DNA from: Eledone cirrhosa
Lineage: Eukaryota
Reading direction: 5' to 3'
Length of the DNA stretch: 64,000 bases
Assembly: GCA_964016885.1 (NCBI GenBank)
Contig: OZ024742.1
Coordinates: forward strand, 187,488,001 to 187,552,000
Within the stretch, counting starts at the first letter, position 1. Every line of letters starts with the position of its first letter. The translations under genes were made by a program, and so were the position numbers. Below the pieces are notes generated by a model. It did no database searches. It saw only the letters and a list, made by a program, of their open reading frames with translations, and was not told where the DNA came from. Of this stretch, positions 1-14,105 are shown one piece after another.

Positions 1-210
1 TACAGATATGTATAGAAATTTCGTATTTCTTAACAAACACGGTATGTTTACAGGTAAACTTTTAGAAAGCCGTATCTATGCAAAAACGCACCGGGCCTAA
101 CGTTGGTTGGTGTCCAGCAGAATCAAGCGGGGACAATCTTCGATGCATTTCGGACCGCACTGGTCCTATTGAGGACGATATCTCCCATACTTGCGACTGC
201 TGGTCTTGGT

Positions 211-1445
211 ATATATATAGTTCGGAATAACAGTAAACAAAATATAGACAAACGCAGGAGTAAATTTTTACAAATATTATTAATTTCACGCTTGGTGAGA
301 GTGGCGGCCTGTCGTTTGCGACGTTTCGAGCAGAAGTCTTTCTTCAGAAAAGTGGGGTTGGGGGGGGGGGTCCGATAAGGAGTGAGGGAGGAGTCAGCGA
401 GAAACATAGATTTAAAAATAAAAGGGTACCCGAAGTGGAAAATAAAAATTATAAAAAGTGAGAGGAGTGTATGGATCCGGGAGGGCACGTGTGTAGTGGT
501 GCGTGAGTTGTAGCTGGAGGTTGAGAGGGAAAGGGGGAAAAGGAAAAATGGAGTCCGAGCTGGCATGGCGGAAGTTGAGGTATGCGTGTGTGTGTAGATG
601 TACATGTGTGCCTGTGTGTGTATGCACGGATGTAACTGTGGGCGTCTGAGGCAGAGCGGGTGTATTTGCTTGTGGGTTTTGAAAAACCATTGCGTGTGTT
701 GGAGTGGAGTACATGTTTATGTGTATACTCCCTGTATGGGTGTAGGCGTGTGTGTGTGTGTGTGTGTGTATGTGTGTGTGTGTGTGTGTGTCGATGGAAA
801 ATTGTCGGATGTGGTGAGGGGAGATCGTGCGTGATCCGGAGTCGGTGTAGGATGGAAGTGTGGGTGCATGTGAAGTTGCGAACGTGTGTATGTGTGTTTG
901 TGGGGTTAAGAGAGGAAGATGTGGATTCGTGTGAAATGTATGGTTGCGTGTGTGCGAAAATGGTGCAACTATCTGTGTGTGTCTAAGTTTCTGAATGGAT
1001 GTCGCTGTATATGTATGTGGATGGTAAAGATCCGGATGTAAAATCGCGCCGATATCCGAGTGGTGTAGGTCCTTGTGGTCGGGTCGGTATAATATGGTCA
1101 GGAGGAAGCGAAATTTTATGCGGAGTCTGCAACATGAAGTGGTCAAGATGGTCAAGTCAAAGGGGTGGGGGTAGAGGGTGGTGAAGGGGGAGATGGCAGG
1201 GCCATGTGTAAGAGGAGGGGAGGAAGTGGTTGAGCAGGCAGAACAGAGTGGTGAGTGAGAGGCAGTAGTATTGCAGTCTGTGTGGAATGAAGTAGCTGTG
1301 TAAATAGGCAGGTGTGTGTGGGTGAGGGTGGCATGTGTAAGTATGTGTGTATGCAGTTGTGTGTATGTGTGTGCTGTAGTTGTGGCGGATATGCGAGGAG
1401 GTGAGGTCGATGTGAGTGGGGGCGTATTTTGGTGTGTGGTGAGTT
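211..1445 (-). mobile_element. Putative PLE-derived non-coding 3' region (CA-rich body, hammerhead-like core, tail ending in (TA)n)
   Basis: Minus strand reads CTGAAGA-aagacttctgctc-GAAACGTC (plus 320-347), then a tail 'agcgtgaaattaataat...' ending in TA repeats at ~211-219. Similar tails occur at 1900-1980 (+) and 40740-40800 (-). Stem I pairing is not evident. Confidence 0.45.
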
Positions 1446-1513
1446 AGTGTATATATATATATATAACTTTGATATGTTTTGCCACCATATATATATATAT
1501 ATATATATATATA

Positions 1514-1570
1514 TTGCCCCAGCCTGGCCTCAGCCGGATGGCTGAAACAGGTAAAAGAGTAAAAGAGTAT
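1514..1570 (+). mobile_element. 3' tail fragment of a SINE
   Basis: gccccagcctggcctcagccggatggctgaaacaggtaaaagagtaaaagag resembles, from recall, the 3' end of an abundant octopus SINE with a short repeated tail. Confidence 0.5.
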
Positions 1571-1980
1571 ATAAAACAACCCCCTCCACACACCACACAC
1601 ACTAATGCAAATAAAACGTAGACGATTCCAACAGACATACACACAAACAGAAAACATGAACAAAAGCACGCACAATCATTTAATGCATCTCACCCAAACA
1701 CACATACCAGCACCAGCTCCACACACCTCTCCACATATCCGACATCTTACACTCCTATTTGTCTGCCTATATCACTTATCATGTGAGCTTATAAAACTTT
1801 CTTTTTTCGATTCACTTATCCAAAACATCCAGTCTCTCTCTCCTAACTATACTCTGTACTGATAAAAGACTAACGTCCGAGACGTTGAGATGTTCTTTTT
1901 CCTTTTCCCGCACGTGTGAAACTAATACAAATTTGTGCAATGGTTCTATGTGTTTGTCTTTTTAATATCTTAAAATATAT
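1571..1980 (+). mobile_element. Degenerate PLE-derived 3' fragment, same type as 211-1445
   Basis: CA-rich body, decayed core ctgataa-aagactaacgtcc-gagacgtt at ~1859-1886, tail 'gtgtgaaactaataca' ending in TA. Confidence 0.4.
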
Positions 1981-2211
1981 AATCAAATAAATGAATAAAT
2001 ATATAATACGTGCACACGCTCATAAGGACATAATATATATATATATATAAATGTGTGCGTATGTGTGTGTGTGTAAAAAGTAAAGAGAGAAGCATGAGGG
2101 ATAGATTGAGACAGATATATAGATATATATATATGGATATACTTATTCGTGTCTTTGCACGAAATTGTTATTGATTGTTGCAAGTATGTGTGTCTTCTAA
2201 CCATACACTGC

Positions 2212-2299
<88 letters not shown>

Positions 2300-2835
2300 T
2301 ATATATTTATATATTTATACATTTATACACATATACACCATTGCCAATACACATCTTACAATTTCAGACAGCCAGGATTCTAATGAATACATTCACTTTA
2401 GTACGAGAATCTCCTCATGAATTCTTTATGAACACTTTATGAAACCATATGCAGTATTAATGAAAATGAAAACATAATGAAAATGGATACTGCAAATAAG
2501 AACTGAGAACGGACAGATATGTTTAATTTTATTCCCATTTTACAACGATTTTCGTAACATATATTCTACGTGTCTTAACCGACAGCTCAGCTGTTTTTCA
2601 TAATGAAAACTGTTCCTATAAAGTATGTTATATTCTAACAGGGAAGATACATTCTTATGTTCTACTCTAGAATATTAGTAATACACGCTTGAACATCCAT
2701 TATGCACCTAAATGTATATATGTGCTCATGAATAATCCTATAATCATTGTTATTGTTGTTGGGAGACTGTCAGTTCCGAAAACGCGTGTTCTTCTTGTTT
2801 GAAATTACAATTAGATACAGATACAGCTGGGTAGT

Positions 2836-3107
2836 GGAGGCACGTGGCCTAGTGCTGGACTAACGATCATAACGTCGTCGATTCGAACCATGCGTTGCGT
2901 GTTATGTTCTTGAGCAAAACACTTCATTTCACGTTGACCCAGTATACTCAGCTGAAAGTGAGTACCAGCAATAGCTGGGGAGTTAACCCTGTGATGGACT
3001 GGCGTCCTATCCAAGTTGCAGTCTTTTACTCTTAGATGCTTCACGTCATGAAACCAGGATAAGCACCGGCTAAATGAGAATGAGCCTTCTGGCTGAACAC
3101 AGACTTT
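2836..3107 (+). mobile_element. tRNA-derived SINE (family 2; V/Nin-like central region)
   Basis: Head ggaggcacgtggcctagtg (A-box-like) ... gattcgaacc (B-box-like), then ttgagcaaaacacttcatttcac and gtgatggactggcgtcctatcca. A related head is at 57863-57985. Confidence 0.7.
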
Positions 3108-3541
3108 AGACCTAGACAGCTAGATAACTATCCTGAGTCATACAAACACATATAGCAACCGTATAGACGGATGACTATTGGAGTCATCAGCGCGTCGTAT
3201 TACATGCTTTGGGGTGTTAGTACTGGCTTTCGGTGCACTGAGTACAAATTCCACGGAGATCACATTTGTGTTTTATTTTTCGGCATTGATACATAACGCA
3301 CCAATCTAGGTAGGGGGATTAATGGTATTGTTAGAGCCTCGAAGGCAATACCTTGCAGTATTTGTTCGAAATCGATAAATAAAACACCAGCCAAAGGCTG
3401 TTGTGTTCGCGGATATAATAGGGCATCGGGCGTGATGTTATGCGGTAACTGTTCCAAATGTGTGATTTTTCTGAGTTCAAACCCCCGCTTTTAACTCCTG
3501 GGCAATGAGCGCCCCATTCATAGAAACACGCAAGGTGAGCT

Positions 3542-3630
<89 letters not shown>

Positions 3631-3901
3631 TATATATATAGAGAGAGAGAGTGAGAGAAAGAGACAAGCAAACAGACAGATAAATGGATAGATAGACAGA
3701 TCGGTATATTCCCGACTGCGGTGGCTAACGATTTCGGCTTCTAGGTTCAGCAAGTTATTTTCCAGTCGGTGTTATCTCCATACCCAGATGTACACTCTCC
3801 ATCTCCACATACATTGAATACTCCCATGATTTGTAATCTATTCAGTCTCAGCACCACAGACTCTCTCTCTCTCCTTCTTTCTCTCTCTCACTCTCTCATT
3901 C

Positions 3902-3962
<61 letters not shown>

Positions 3963-4934
3963 ATACGAAGAAATAATAGATAAAAATATACCCATTTTTT
4001 CTTCAAATTCCCGACCGCAGTTTCGCCGAATCCGTCGCACCTATATCTGCACTATAAAAATGCATCATCACTCCTAGGTTGATAGGGCTTATGAAAAGAT
4101 CCCTCAAAAAGGACTGTTTCTTGATGTGTTCGTAGCAAGTGAGAAATTCTCAAGAGGTGGAGGGAGAAATTAACACGCGATACAGTGTTGACTGAAGGGT
4201 AGTAAAAGTGGTCAGTGAGCGATATTCATCCTTCTCTCTCTCTTTTTGATACCTCGTTTCAACTATATCGTGAAAGTAGTTTACTTCCGTCTGTAATGTC
4301 GTCATTTAGTCCTCTAGTAATGAAGGTGTGTAGCCTAGTGCCGAGGGTATTAGGAACTACTTATAAAGTCACCTAATCGATTGTCTGAGAAGTGTAAGCC
4401 AGACACTTAGTTTCACATGGCTTCAGTTCCCTTAGCACACAATTCATTTACTCTCCACCTCGATCTTTGGGACATTTTTGCTTATTTTCCATCCTAACGT
4501 AAATTCATTTGATTAAATATATTAAAAAGTTTCATGACTTGAAAACACCAGTGTACACACCGTTGGTGATTTACTGTTTATTAGAATTATAAAATTTCCA
4601 ACTTATTGAAGTGTGGTTATCATTTGATTTCATTTCATCTTCCCAGTCTTATATAACGACAGTGTATAATATTTTTGAATAGGAGACAAATTATTAAAGT
4701 TAAATCTTTCAAATGTAGTATTTATTTTTAGACTACTCTTCTAGCGAATTAAGCGGTTTCGTTTGCTATTTATATCTTTTTTTCACTGTTTAATTTTAAA
4801 ACAATTTTTGGTTTATCACAAGATGTCTGAAATGTCTCATCGCTAATGTAATTTCTGTTTGTTTCTGTTCATTCGAGAAGTTCTATATTAATTAGGCTCA
4901 AATTTATTATTATCATAAATGTTTTTGTTGTTGA

Positions 4935-4935
<1 letters not shown>

Positions 4936-4986
<51 letters not shown>

Positions 4987-4996
4987 GTTATTATTG
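4936..4996. repeat. (ATT)n microsatellite at the 3' end of the Dong-like element
   Basis: Direct reading. Confidence 0.95.
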
Positions 4997-7235
4997 TTGT
5001 TTGAGTCTCAGTCATTGATGTTAATTAACTGGAAAGTTTGTTGAAATGAATATCAAGCCGCTACCTGCAACCTCAGATATTCAGGACGTATCGGAGGGTT
5101 CTTGCTGTTCCCAGCAAGCATGTCTTTTGAGGTGTTCCAAAAAGCGGGGCTGGACTAATCTTATTTAACCATCCTTGGAAACTCTTTGAGATAGTACCTA
5201 GTACGCCTATGACAATCGGGACGACTTTGACTTCATGGCAGTTCCAAATCCTTTTTACCTCCCACTTTAAGTCCTGGTATCGGTTAATTTTCTCCCTCTC
5301 CTTTTCTTGCATTCTCGTGTCAAATGGGCTGGCTACATCTACAATGAAGCCCGATCTTTTTTCCTTGTCCAAAACCACCAGGTCAGGCCTATTGTGTTCT
5401 AATTTCTTGTCCGTCTGCATCCTAAATTCCCATAGCACCTTCACCTGATCGTTTTCTATCACCGACTCTGGCTTATGCCACACCACTTCTCAGAATGTGG
5501 TAAATTGTTTACTTTGCATAGGTGCCAGTGGATCACCCTGCCCATCACATCATGTCTCCAGCCTTTATAGTGAGTCTGGGCTAGGTGTTTACACTGGGAT
5601 ACAATGTGAGCCACATTCTCCTCTCTCTTTCCACATATCCTATACAGTGGGCTGGCCTCCTCCTTGCAAATATGGTCTTTCACCCACTTCGTTCTGAGGG
5701 CCTTCCCTTGCGCATCCATTAAAATCCTTCTGTAGCCTTTTTAAGGTCTCCTCTTTTTAACCAGTTTCATGTCTGTGGATCACTAAATTCAGTTTTCTTA
5801 AATAAAGGGATTTTTCATGAAGGTTGCTCTTCCTCCTTGTTGTTATTTCCTCCTTGGACATCCCCTGGTCAATTGTCTTCTCCTTCAGTACAATTTTGAG
5901 CATTGGCTCCCTACTGTCAGTCACGTATTTGTGCAGGTTGTTTTTGTCAATCTGAACAGTCCTCTATGCTGATAAGAACTCTTCCACCTTCAGATCTCTT
6001 TCAGTAGAGTCTATCGACATCACTTCTCTTGTGGAACATGTAGATAATCCATAGCTTCCTAGTCTTCCTATCCATTTCTTTTTGTTCAGCAACATTCCAT
6101 TTCAGAATTCTCGCACTGTACCTAATAATAGACACAGTTCGTGAATTCACTGCACTTATGACATTCCTACTATTTAGATGTGATTTTAATACGCTCATTA
6201 CTCTCCTAATATACTCAGATCTTATCAATTCCTTCATTTCTTTGTTCTTGATATCATCTTCCTCCAGAACACCTAAATATTTGTATCCTTCTTCAGTGTC
6301 AATTTTCTTCATCATCTCACCTGTTGGTACTTGGATTCCTTTGCTTCTGCTCAATTTACCCATCTCCATCACTAGGACTCCACAATTATTAATACCAAAT
6401 TCCATACATATATCATTGCTGAAAATACGGACAGTGTCAACAAGTACATCCAACTCCTTCTCACTCTTCCCAAAGAGCTTAAGATCGTCCATGAAGAGGA
6501 AGTGGTTGATGGTAAGCTCTCCTTTTCCCAACTTGTATCCTGCTCTCAGTTTTCGAAATATAAGGGCAAGGGGTATCAGGGCAAGGACAAACAGCAGAGG
6601 GGACAAACTATCTCCCTGGAAGTTACCTCTCTTGATCTTCACGCCTCCCAGGGATTCTCCACCCGATGTTAACTCTGTTTTCCAGGACGTCATACCTTTT
6701 CTCAACAACTGTCTGTTGTTATCTGCCACGTTGAAGATCTCTAGGCTTTTAGTTATCCAAGAATGAGGTACCATGTAGAATGCCATTTTTTAATCTATCC
6801 CTCCCATGGCAAGACCAGTGTCTCTCCTCTTGCAATTCCTCATTACCATCTTTTCAATAAGTAACTGGTCTTTTGTACCACGGGTCTTCTTTCGGCATCC
6901 TTTCTGTTCGTCCGGTAGCAAGTTGTTTGCGTGGAGGTGGTGGTAGATTTCCTAAGACACAATGCTTCTTAATAGTTTCCACATTTCGGACAGACATGTG
7001 ATAGGTCTATTGTTAGTAACATCATTACTCTTGATTCGGTCTTTCATTACCAGAACTGTGGTACATTTTGTCAACCACTATGGTACCTCACCCGACATCA
7101 AGCAGTCATTGAACATGGTTGTCAGTTTCGGGTGGAGGGATGTTATATTTCCAATCCAGTACCCCTGCACACCATCTGGGCCTGGTGATTTCCAGTTGGT
7201 TAGTTTTTTTGGCCTGCCCTTTATGAGTTTCAACT
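4997..7235 (-). mobile_element. R4/Dong-clade non-LTR retrotransposon, 5'-truncated and frameshifted (RT + CCHC + restriction-like endonuclease)
   Basis: ORF 6001-6786 has RT motifs QGDSLSPLLF and FMDDLKL. ORF 5459-5719 has a decayed zinc knuckle (RICG...H...C) and RHD. ORF 5073-5486 has NRPDLVV...D...EKINRY of the RLE. The 3' end abuts (TAA)n, the known Dong target. Confidence 0.9.
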
Positions 7236-7358
7236 GTTGTTAGTCCTCCAGTTCCTCGGAGGACTAATAACACACCCAGGATCTGGACATATCGATGAAT
7301 TGACTGAGTGGACACATTTCAACAACATATTTACCTTTCTTTTCCATATTAATTCGTA

Positions 7359-7413
7359 CTGCCTGAAGAGGTCACAGCCAATAATAGCTGTCAGCGAAAT
7401 ATATATATAGCAG
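7359..7413 (+). ncRNA. Minimal type-I hammerhead ribozyme, intact core
   Basis: Stem I ctgc/gcag; CTGAAGA 7363-7369; stem II containing acagc/gctgt; GAAA 7396-7399; stem III/loop made of TATATATA; UA cleavage site at 7409. Confidence 0.7.
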
Positions 7414-7526
7414 AAAAGTTACACTAAACGAAGCCAAATTTTACTTGTCTGACTTGCTTATTTTATATATATAAATGGAAAACATGAAACGAAATTTCAT
7501 TTCTCACTCTTATATATATATATATA

Positions 7527-8760
7527 AGCAGGAAAGTAAGTGTTGATAAAATCCAGTACTTCAGTATGCGGATAGGGAGCACTCAACGAAGATATAATTT
7601 CCGGAGTTATAATAGTGACAACACATAAGTCAATTGCATGAAATCATAATCCTTTATTTACTACTATATATATTTCGATGATAGCCATTGAATGGTTATG
7701 ACCTCATCTGGCAGTTAATCAGTTCTTAGATATGCCAGCTCTGTGTTTATAGTGTTGATGGTATCAGAGCCTTGGGACATATGAGCTTGTTGGGAATAAT
7801 TTAATGTTGTCAGCAGGAATAGTCTTGATTCTCATTGGTCAGTTTGTTAGTTGTAGTAGGGTTGGCTTTTGACCTCAAAGAGGCAGGTAGTGTTGTAAAG
7901 TTCAAACCCTTAGGCAAGATGACAATAGTTCCATATGACTGATTTTCACAAAAAGCATTCCTGGTCAGATATATATTCATTTAAGGTTAATAGTATGAAA
8001 TAGATACTACAGGTCATTCTTAAATTGAGGAATGTATGTGGAGTGGTGGTACTGAAATTTATGGTTGGAGTAGAAAATTTACTAATAAAAAGACTTATGT
8101 AAGTTGGCTTGCACTACACTCACACACCCCACCTCCACAGACACACACACACATCCACACATACAAAATGTGGGGTGGTAATACTTAAAATAATGGTTAG
8201 CGTCAAATACATAGATAGTTTAGAAAATTTAGAAATAAAAGGTTTATGCTGGTTGACTTGTACATACACACACACCTACCCCCTCAGACACTCACACATC
8301 TACACACACAAATCCATACAGGTGTGTGTATATATATATATGCATGCATGTATGTACGCACAAGTATATATATGTATATATAATATATATATATATACAC
8401 AGAACATACATATATATAAAATATATACATATAAAAATATGAAAAATATATATATACATAAAATGTGAACTTTACAACACCACCTGCCTCTTTGAGGTCA
8501 AATACCAACCCTACTACCATCTACAAATTGACCAATGAGAATCAAGACTATTCCTGCTGACAACATTAAATTATTCCTAACAAGCTCATATGTCCCAAGG
8601 CTCTGATACCATCAGCACTATAAACACAGAGCTGGCATATCTAAGAACTGACTAACTGCCTGATGAGATCATAGCCATTCAATGGCTATCATCGAAATAT
8701 ATATATGGCAGTAAATAAAGGATTATGAGTTCATGCAATTGACTTATGTTTTGTCACTAT
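7527..8760 (-). mobile_element. PLE 3' fragment with ~294-bp inverted repeats (7612-7904 / 8466-8760)
   Basis: The arms are reverse complements with scattered mismatches. The minus strand at ~7900-7915 encodes PKGLN, a typical PLE GIY-YIG C-terminus. Hammerheads lie at 7660-7715 (-, core CAGATGA) and 8655-8712 (+, CTGATGA, cleavage triplet mutated). Both ends sit in (TA)n. Confidence 0.8.
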
Positions 8761-8812
8761 ATATATATATATCTATATATATATAATAAATGTAATCTGA
8801 GTTTTTCGAATA

Positions 8813-8990
8813 TTAATAATTGTTTCTACTTTTGGCACAAGGCCAGCAATAACCCAGTGTACATTATTTTATCGACCCCATAAGGATGAAAGGCAAAGTT
8901 AACCTCAGCAGGATTTGAACTCAAAATTGCAAGGGCCGTAACTCTATGCGTCAAAGCATGGCGTCCAACCCTCTACCGATACTGCCAATC
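8813..8990 (-). mobile_element. tRNA-derived SINE family 1
   Basis: Reverse complement of ttggcagtatcggtag...gagttcaaatcc...ctttgcctttcatcctta.ggggtcgataaaata...tgctggccttgtgccaaaagtagaaacaattatt. Many copies occur in the window. Confidence 0.85.
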
Positions 8991-9119
8991 GATTCATTTG
9001 CAATTATGCAAACAAGCCTCAATGTTATAGCCATGCCAGTTGAATGAACACTTCATTCTGGCTCTTACGTTGGCATGCGAACAGAACTGCGTACAGTAAT
9101 GTTTCAACAGCTAGCTCTA

Positions 9120-9164
<45 letters not shown>

Positions 9165-9529
9165 TGATAATTAATTCAAAACAATAGATTTCTTCATCGA
9201 TATTCAAATATCTAAGTAATTCTCCTGGCTATGGAGTGTTAAAATTGGTAAAATTGGTGGGAGGGGTGGGGTGCTATAAGTACAAAGATTATTTTAACGA
9301 TTGTCATCTCGAGGGGATATTTACAACCTCGTAGAATTTCATATGCAACTGAATTATTAAGGAAGTTAAGCTGTTTTGACAAATCACTTTTTTCCTCTAA
9401 AAATAATTTCTAATAATTTGCTAGAGCAGATTATTACCAAATATAAAACAAATGTTTTTTTGTTTCATATTTCCTGAACTTTTTCTCCTCTTTTTCCTTC
9501 TCCTTCTCATTCTCCTTCTCCTCACCTTG

Positions 9530-9654
9530 CTGATCATCATCACAATGACCACCAGCACTCCACCCCAACTTCATCATCATCATCATCATAACCATCATCA
9601 TCAACATCACAATCACCATAAGTACTCCACCGCCGTCATCACCATCACCTCCAT

Positions 9655-9707
<53 letters not shown>

Positions 9708-9717
9708 CCATCATCAT
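9530..9717. repeat. (CAT)n/(CAC)n low-complexity tract
   Basis: Direct reading. Confidence 0.9.
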
Positions 9718-10918
9718 TTTACGGTCAAGCAGGCACGGTTTAGGTACGTTCCATATTAGGTTAGGTCCCTATGGCTGAATGAACATCATACCGCCTACCA
9801 CCATACAGGGTATATAGGATGCGTCTCTCGTGATACTACTACCGGCACTTTACAGATTTGACTGGGTGGCACCACGATTACTCTCTTACAGAGTGTAATA
9901 GGTGCATTCTCTCATGGTACCGACACGAATAATAATATTTGATATTTCTATGGAATTTTTCTACCCTTATATTTTTTTCATCTTTTACTGGTTTCAGCAT
10001 AAAATGTATATAGTTGATCATATCCACCTAAATATATATATTTTTTCCTCAGATTCCACTAAATCTTTTATCGATCTCTATATATCGAGGCTTAAATTTA
10101 GGAGAAATAAACAACAACACAGACACAAATGTTAACACACCCATACATATTCGATGAGCTTCTACACAGACCTGTCAACTCTCCCCGTCCAACGAGGAGA
10201 TCTACTATCCACTTTGGGGTGGGTAAGAGATGTCTTCTCTTGTGAAGATGGATATAACTTTCATTATGTAAAACTCCCCATTTTGCCTCATTTCTCCCCG
10301 TTTTGTTGCACTATATTTCATAGTACTCCCCCATTTGGGTTTTTAGGGGTTGGCAGGTCTGTCTATAGTTTATGTCAATCAAATTTCATAAAGCATTTGA
10401 CCAGATGAAGCTACAGTAAACGCGATTTGCCCAATTTGCCTGCCATGTAGTGTGAACGAACCCGATACTGTACAGCTACAAAGCGAACACATTAAGCACA
10501 CAGCTACATCTGTACATAATCATAAGTATTAAGCAAAATTCTATTTTTCTTATTTTTTCCTTCCACTTATTTATATTTGGTATATTTATGTAAGTATATT
10601 TTTCTAACACATTTTGTTTTTCTTTCTACGTGTGTGAATGTTTGTTGTTTGAGGTTGAGAGTGAGATATCATTATTCTACTGTGTTCATTTTGACAACTC
10701 AACAGATTAAAAGAAAGAAAAGGAAGAGATAACTCGATATTTGTATTTACATTGATCACTTTAATATTTTCTATCGTAATACTCTCTTCTCTTTCTCTCC
10801 TGCTTCTGCTGTTTTCTTAACTTCGTATATATATATATATAATATATATATATTGTATATATATATATATACACACACCACACACACATAAACACCACAC
10901 ACACCATACACCCACACC

Positions 10919-10989
<71 letters not shown>

Positions 10990-11513
10990 GTGTGTGTGTG
11001 TATGTGTATAATATGGTGTTTGAGGTGCATATATATACATATGTATATATATATATATATATATACATATATATATAGAGAGAGAGACACATAGATATAC
11101 ATATATGTCTGTATGGTGTATGTCTATGTATATATCACTAGTTCTGTATCAATAAACCATCTATTACTGCATTACAGACACCACCCAACGATATGACTGT
11201 AACTTAATCAAGGCTGAGTTTGTTTGTTTAATTTACTGATGAGTTGTCTGAACTTCTATCTTAGAAACTACCAAAGAAGAAATGTGAATTTTTTTATGAA
11301 TGATTGCAAAGTAAAATCCTTTTAATGTATATTTTATTTTAACTGTGAAAATAGAATTGCTTATATGGGTTATTCAAAAACTATTTGTGAGTTGCTTGCT
11401 GAAAATTATCATCAAATTAGATTTTTGCGATCTTGGAAAATGTTGCCTTTGCAATATAGACAGAAATATCGTCTTGTATCCATATTATTATGTTTGCTTC
11501 CTGGCCTTCCCAG

Positions 11514-11626
11514 ACAAAAGAAAAGCGAATTCGTTAATCCGGTTGACGGTGAGAGATATACGATCATTGAGATAGATCAAGTCAGTGGGCTTGTTATTGC
11601 CGTGGACCAACTTCATCTCAACTGCA
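11514..11626 (+). CDS. Candidate host coding exon, product unknown
   Basis: Non-repetitive block flanked by acceptor tgtttgcttcctggccttcccag and donor GTGAGT. Open frame QKKSEFVNPVDGERYTIIEIDQVSGLVIAVDQLHLNC. An antisense exon reading is also possible. Confidence 0.3.
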
Positions 11627-12315
11627 GTGAGTAGTGAAGGGGTTAGGGATCTGAGGATACTAAAACTTTGTACTGCGTTGTATTCGGTGAAACATTTTGG
11701 AGAATGTCAGGTAGTTTTTCAGATTGTAACAGTCAGCATGTCGGTTAAAATACGAATACAAATTTTCAAACAATGATATGCAAGATAGACACATTTAGAA
11801 ATATATTTATATTGTGATAGTTACACAATATATTGTATATATTGGTGAGCATTCTACACTCAAATACTAACCATATATTTCGATATAATAGTTAATAGTA
11901 GAATATAGTGTCAAGTACTAAACATGAAGACATAAGTTAGTACAAATATATTCAAATTTGGACACGATATCTAGATACAATAGTTAATAGTACAACATAA
12001 AATCAAATGTGTAGATATAACCGTTAGTGGTACATAATATATTGAAATATATTGACTACCTATGAGAATATAATACGTAGTAGCATAAAATACTTTCAAA
12101 CGCAGACTACATATATAGGTGTAATACGTAGTAGTACACCATATACTAAACAACCAACCACATGCTTATATAACAGTAGTATACATTATACTAAACAAGC
12201 CACATGTATATATAATAATTAATACTATAAAATAAACTAACCAGCTAGTCACAAACAACTTGCCACATGTTTATATAATATTTACAATAAACAAATAACC
12301 ACATGTTATTTATGA

Positions 12316-12437
12316 TCTGAGTTCAAATACCGCCGAGGTTAACTTTGCCTTTCATCCTTACGGGGTCGATAAAATAAAGTACCAGTAATGTACTGACTAA
12401 TTGCTGGCCTTGTGCCAAAAATAGAAACAATTATTAT
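12316..12437 (+). mobile_element. SINE family 1, 5'-truncated
   Basis: ctgagttcaaataccgccgaggttaactttgcctttcatccttacggggtcgataaaataaagtaccag...agaaacaattatta. Confidence 0.85.
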
Positions 12438-13836
12438 AGATCGTAGTTCAAATACACGAAAAAGTTAGCCATATGTTCATATAATAGCCGTAATAAATAT
12501 ATGTAAATATTGACCATATGTTCACAATTTTTAGTAATACTATATATTCCTAAATACTGACTATATTTGTAGATAAACATTCCTTTTAGTTTACACCCCA
12601 TAAAGTTTTTTTTAATTATTAATAGTTAATCTAAAATTTTAGGTGTTACACTTCCGTAAAGAGAGACACAAGGGATATAGGCCTATCTCTCCTCTCCGTT
12701 TTCTTTTAAGTTCTTAGAATAAATATCGCTGTTTGAATCATATGTTAACCAACAAAACTATTCAAAGTTCGAGGACTGTTTTATGAAAGAACATAAACTT
12801 CTTTCACGACATTTATCTCTGAACGACACAATAAAAATATTTACAATGTGCATAATTCCATTTTGGTTCGCTTCTGTCCCTATTTTCATCTACATAATGT
12901 TATATTCGTTTGCTTTCGTCCGAAAACGAACAATCAATATAAATAAAGATAACATGAATACGAAATAGGGCTTTCAGAGAAAAATAGAATATAAATAAAT
13001 TATTAAATAAAAGTGAATCAGCCGAAGGTGATTAACCAGGAGCCAATTTCACTCCGAAAAAACGTATGATATATTGTCTGTACCTCGCCATCTCTGCAAC
13101 CATTTCCAGCACTACCATCACTACCATCACGGCCATCACTGCTATCACTATCATCACTATCATCATTATCATCACTCCCATCACTACCATCATTACCATC
13201 ACTATCATCACAAATATATGCCAGAACATCAATAAAAACAACATTAACAATAGAACATAAATTTCTGCTGGATAACTGTGCCAAATAATAATAACAATAC
13301 GCTAAGAATATCAGTCTGACATTCATAAATTATTATAACTAAATGTTATCAACTTGAAAGTAAAGATGATGTATTTATTCCAATAATAGTCATTATCATT
13401 GAATAATTCACGAATGATGGGAACGGAACGGAAAGGACCTCCATAATTAAAAACGATGAGCGTCCCAGTTACTTGATCAATGCAACAGCCTATTCATAAA
13501 ACCAGTGTTTAAGTAGCTGAGCATTTCATAGACACGTGTAACCGTAAGCTTATTTTCCGGGAGATACAGCGTGACAGAGTGTGTAACACAGCGGACACAT
13601 TGTATTAAAGGTAGAGTCCATCCAACGGGCTTCTAGACAGTTTCTGTCTACCTAAACTCACCCATAAGGCATGGGCTGGTCCGAGACTATTGAAAATGAC
13701 ATTTACCTAAAACGTCACGTCTTGCTATTGAACCCGTATCTAATGATTTTGAATTGATCTTCTTAAACATTTCTCCATACTACGACCACTGGGATGCATA
13801 GAACCGTCTTGGGAATGACAATCAAAACACAGAAAT

Positions 13837-14105
13837 TCTTCTTCTTCTTCTTCTTCTTCTTCTTCTTCTTCTTCTTTGCCAACTTATTCATGAGGGGTCG
13901 TCGGGGAACAGTCCTCAAACAGTCCTTCCAGTCTGTCTTGTCAAAAGCAACCATCTGCAACTTATCCGGCTAGACCCCCAAGCGAGACCAGCCAAGCTCA
14001 TCCATGTTATCCAACCATCTTGCTCGTGGTCTATGCCTGGGTCTCCTGTCAGTTGGTTTTGCCCGTAAAATCTCTCCAGCAATTCTTTCCTGAGATATTC
14101 TAACG
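13837..14105 (-). mobile_element. RTE/RTE-X LINE 3' fragment with (AAG)n tail
   Basis: Minus translation RISQERIAGEILRAKPTDRRPRHRPRARWLDN...DKTDWKDCL matches the RTE C-terminal 'R.RGRP..RW.D' region and is followed by (AAG)n. Confidence 0.75.

Noticed and set aside
11585-11626. GLLLPWTNFISTA resembling the equilibrative nucleoside transporter LLPWNFFITA motif
   Set aside because: There is an in-frame stop just upstream, an extra residue and no other ENT exons; probably coincidence.
13018-13326. Asp/Ser/Gly-rich ORF
   Set aside because: It derives from a degenerate 9-bp (catcactat-like) low-complexity repeat, with no independent coding evidence.
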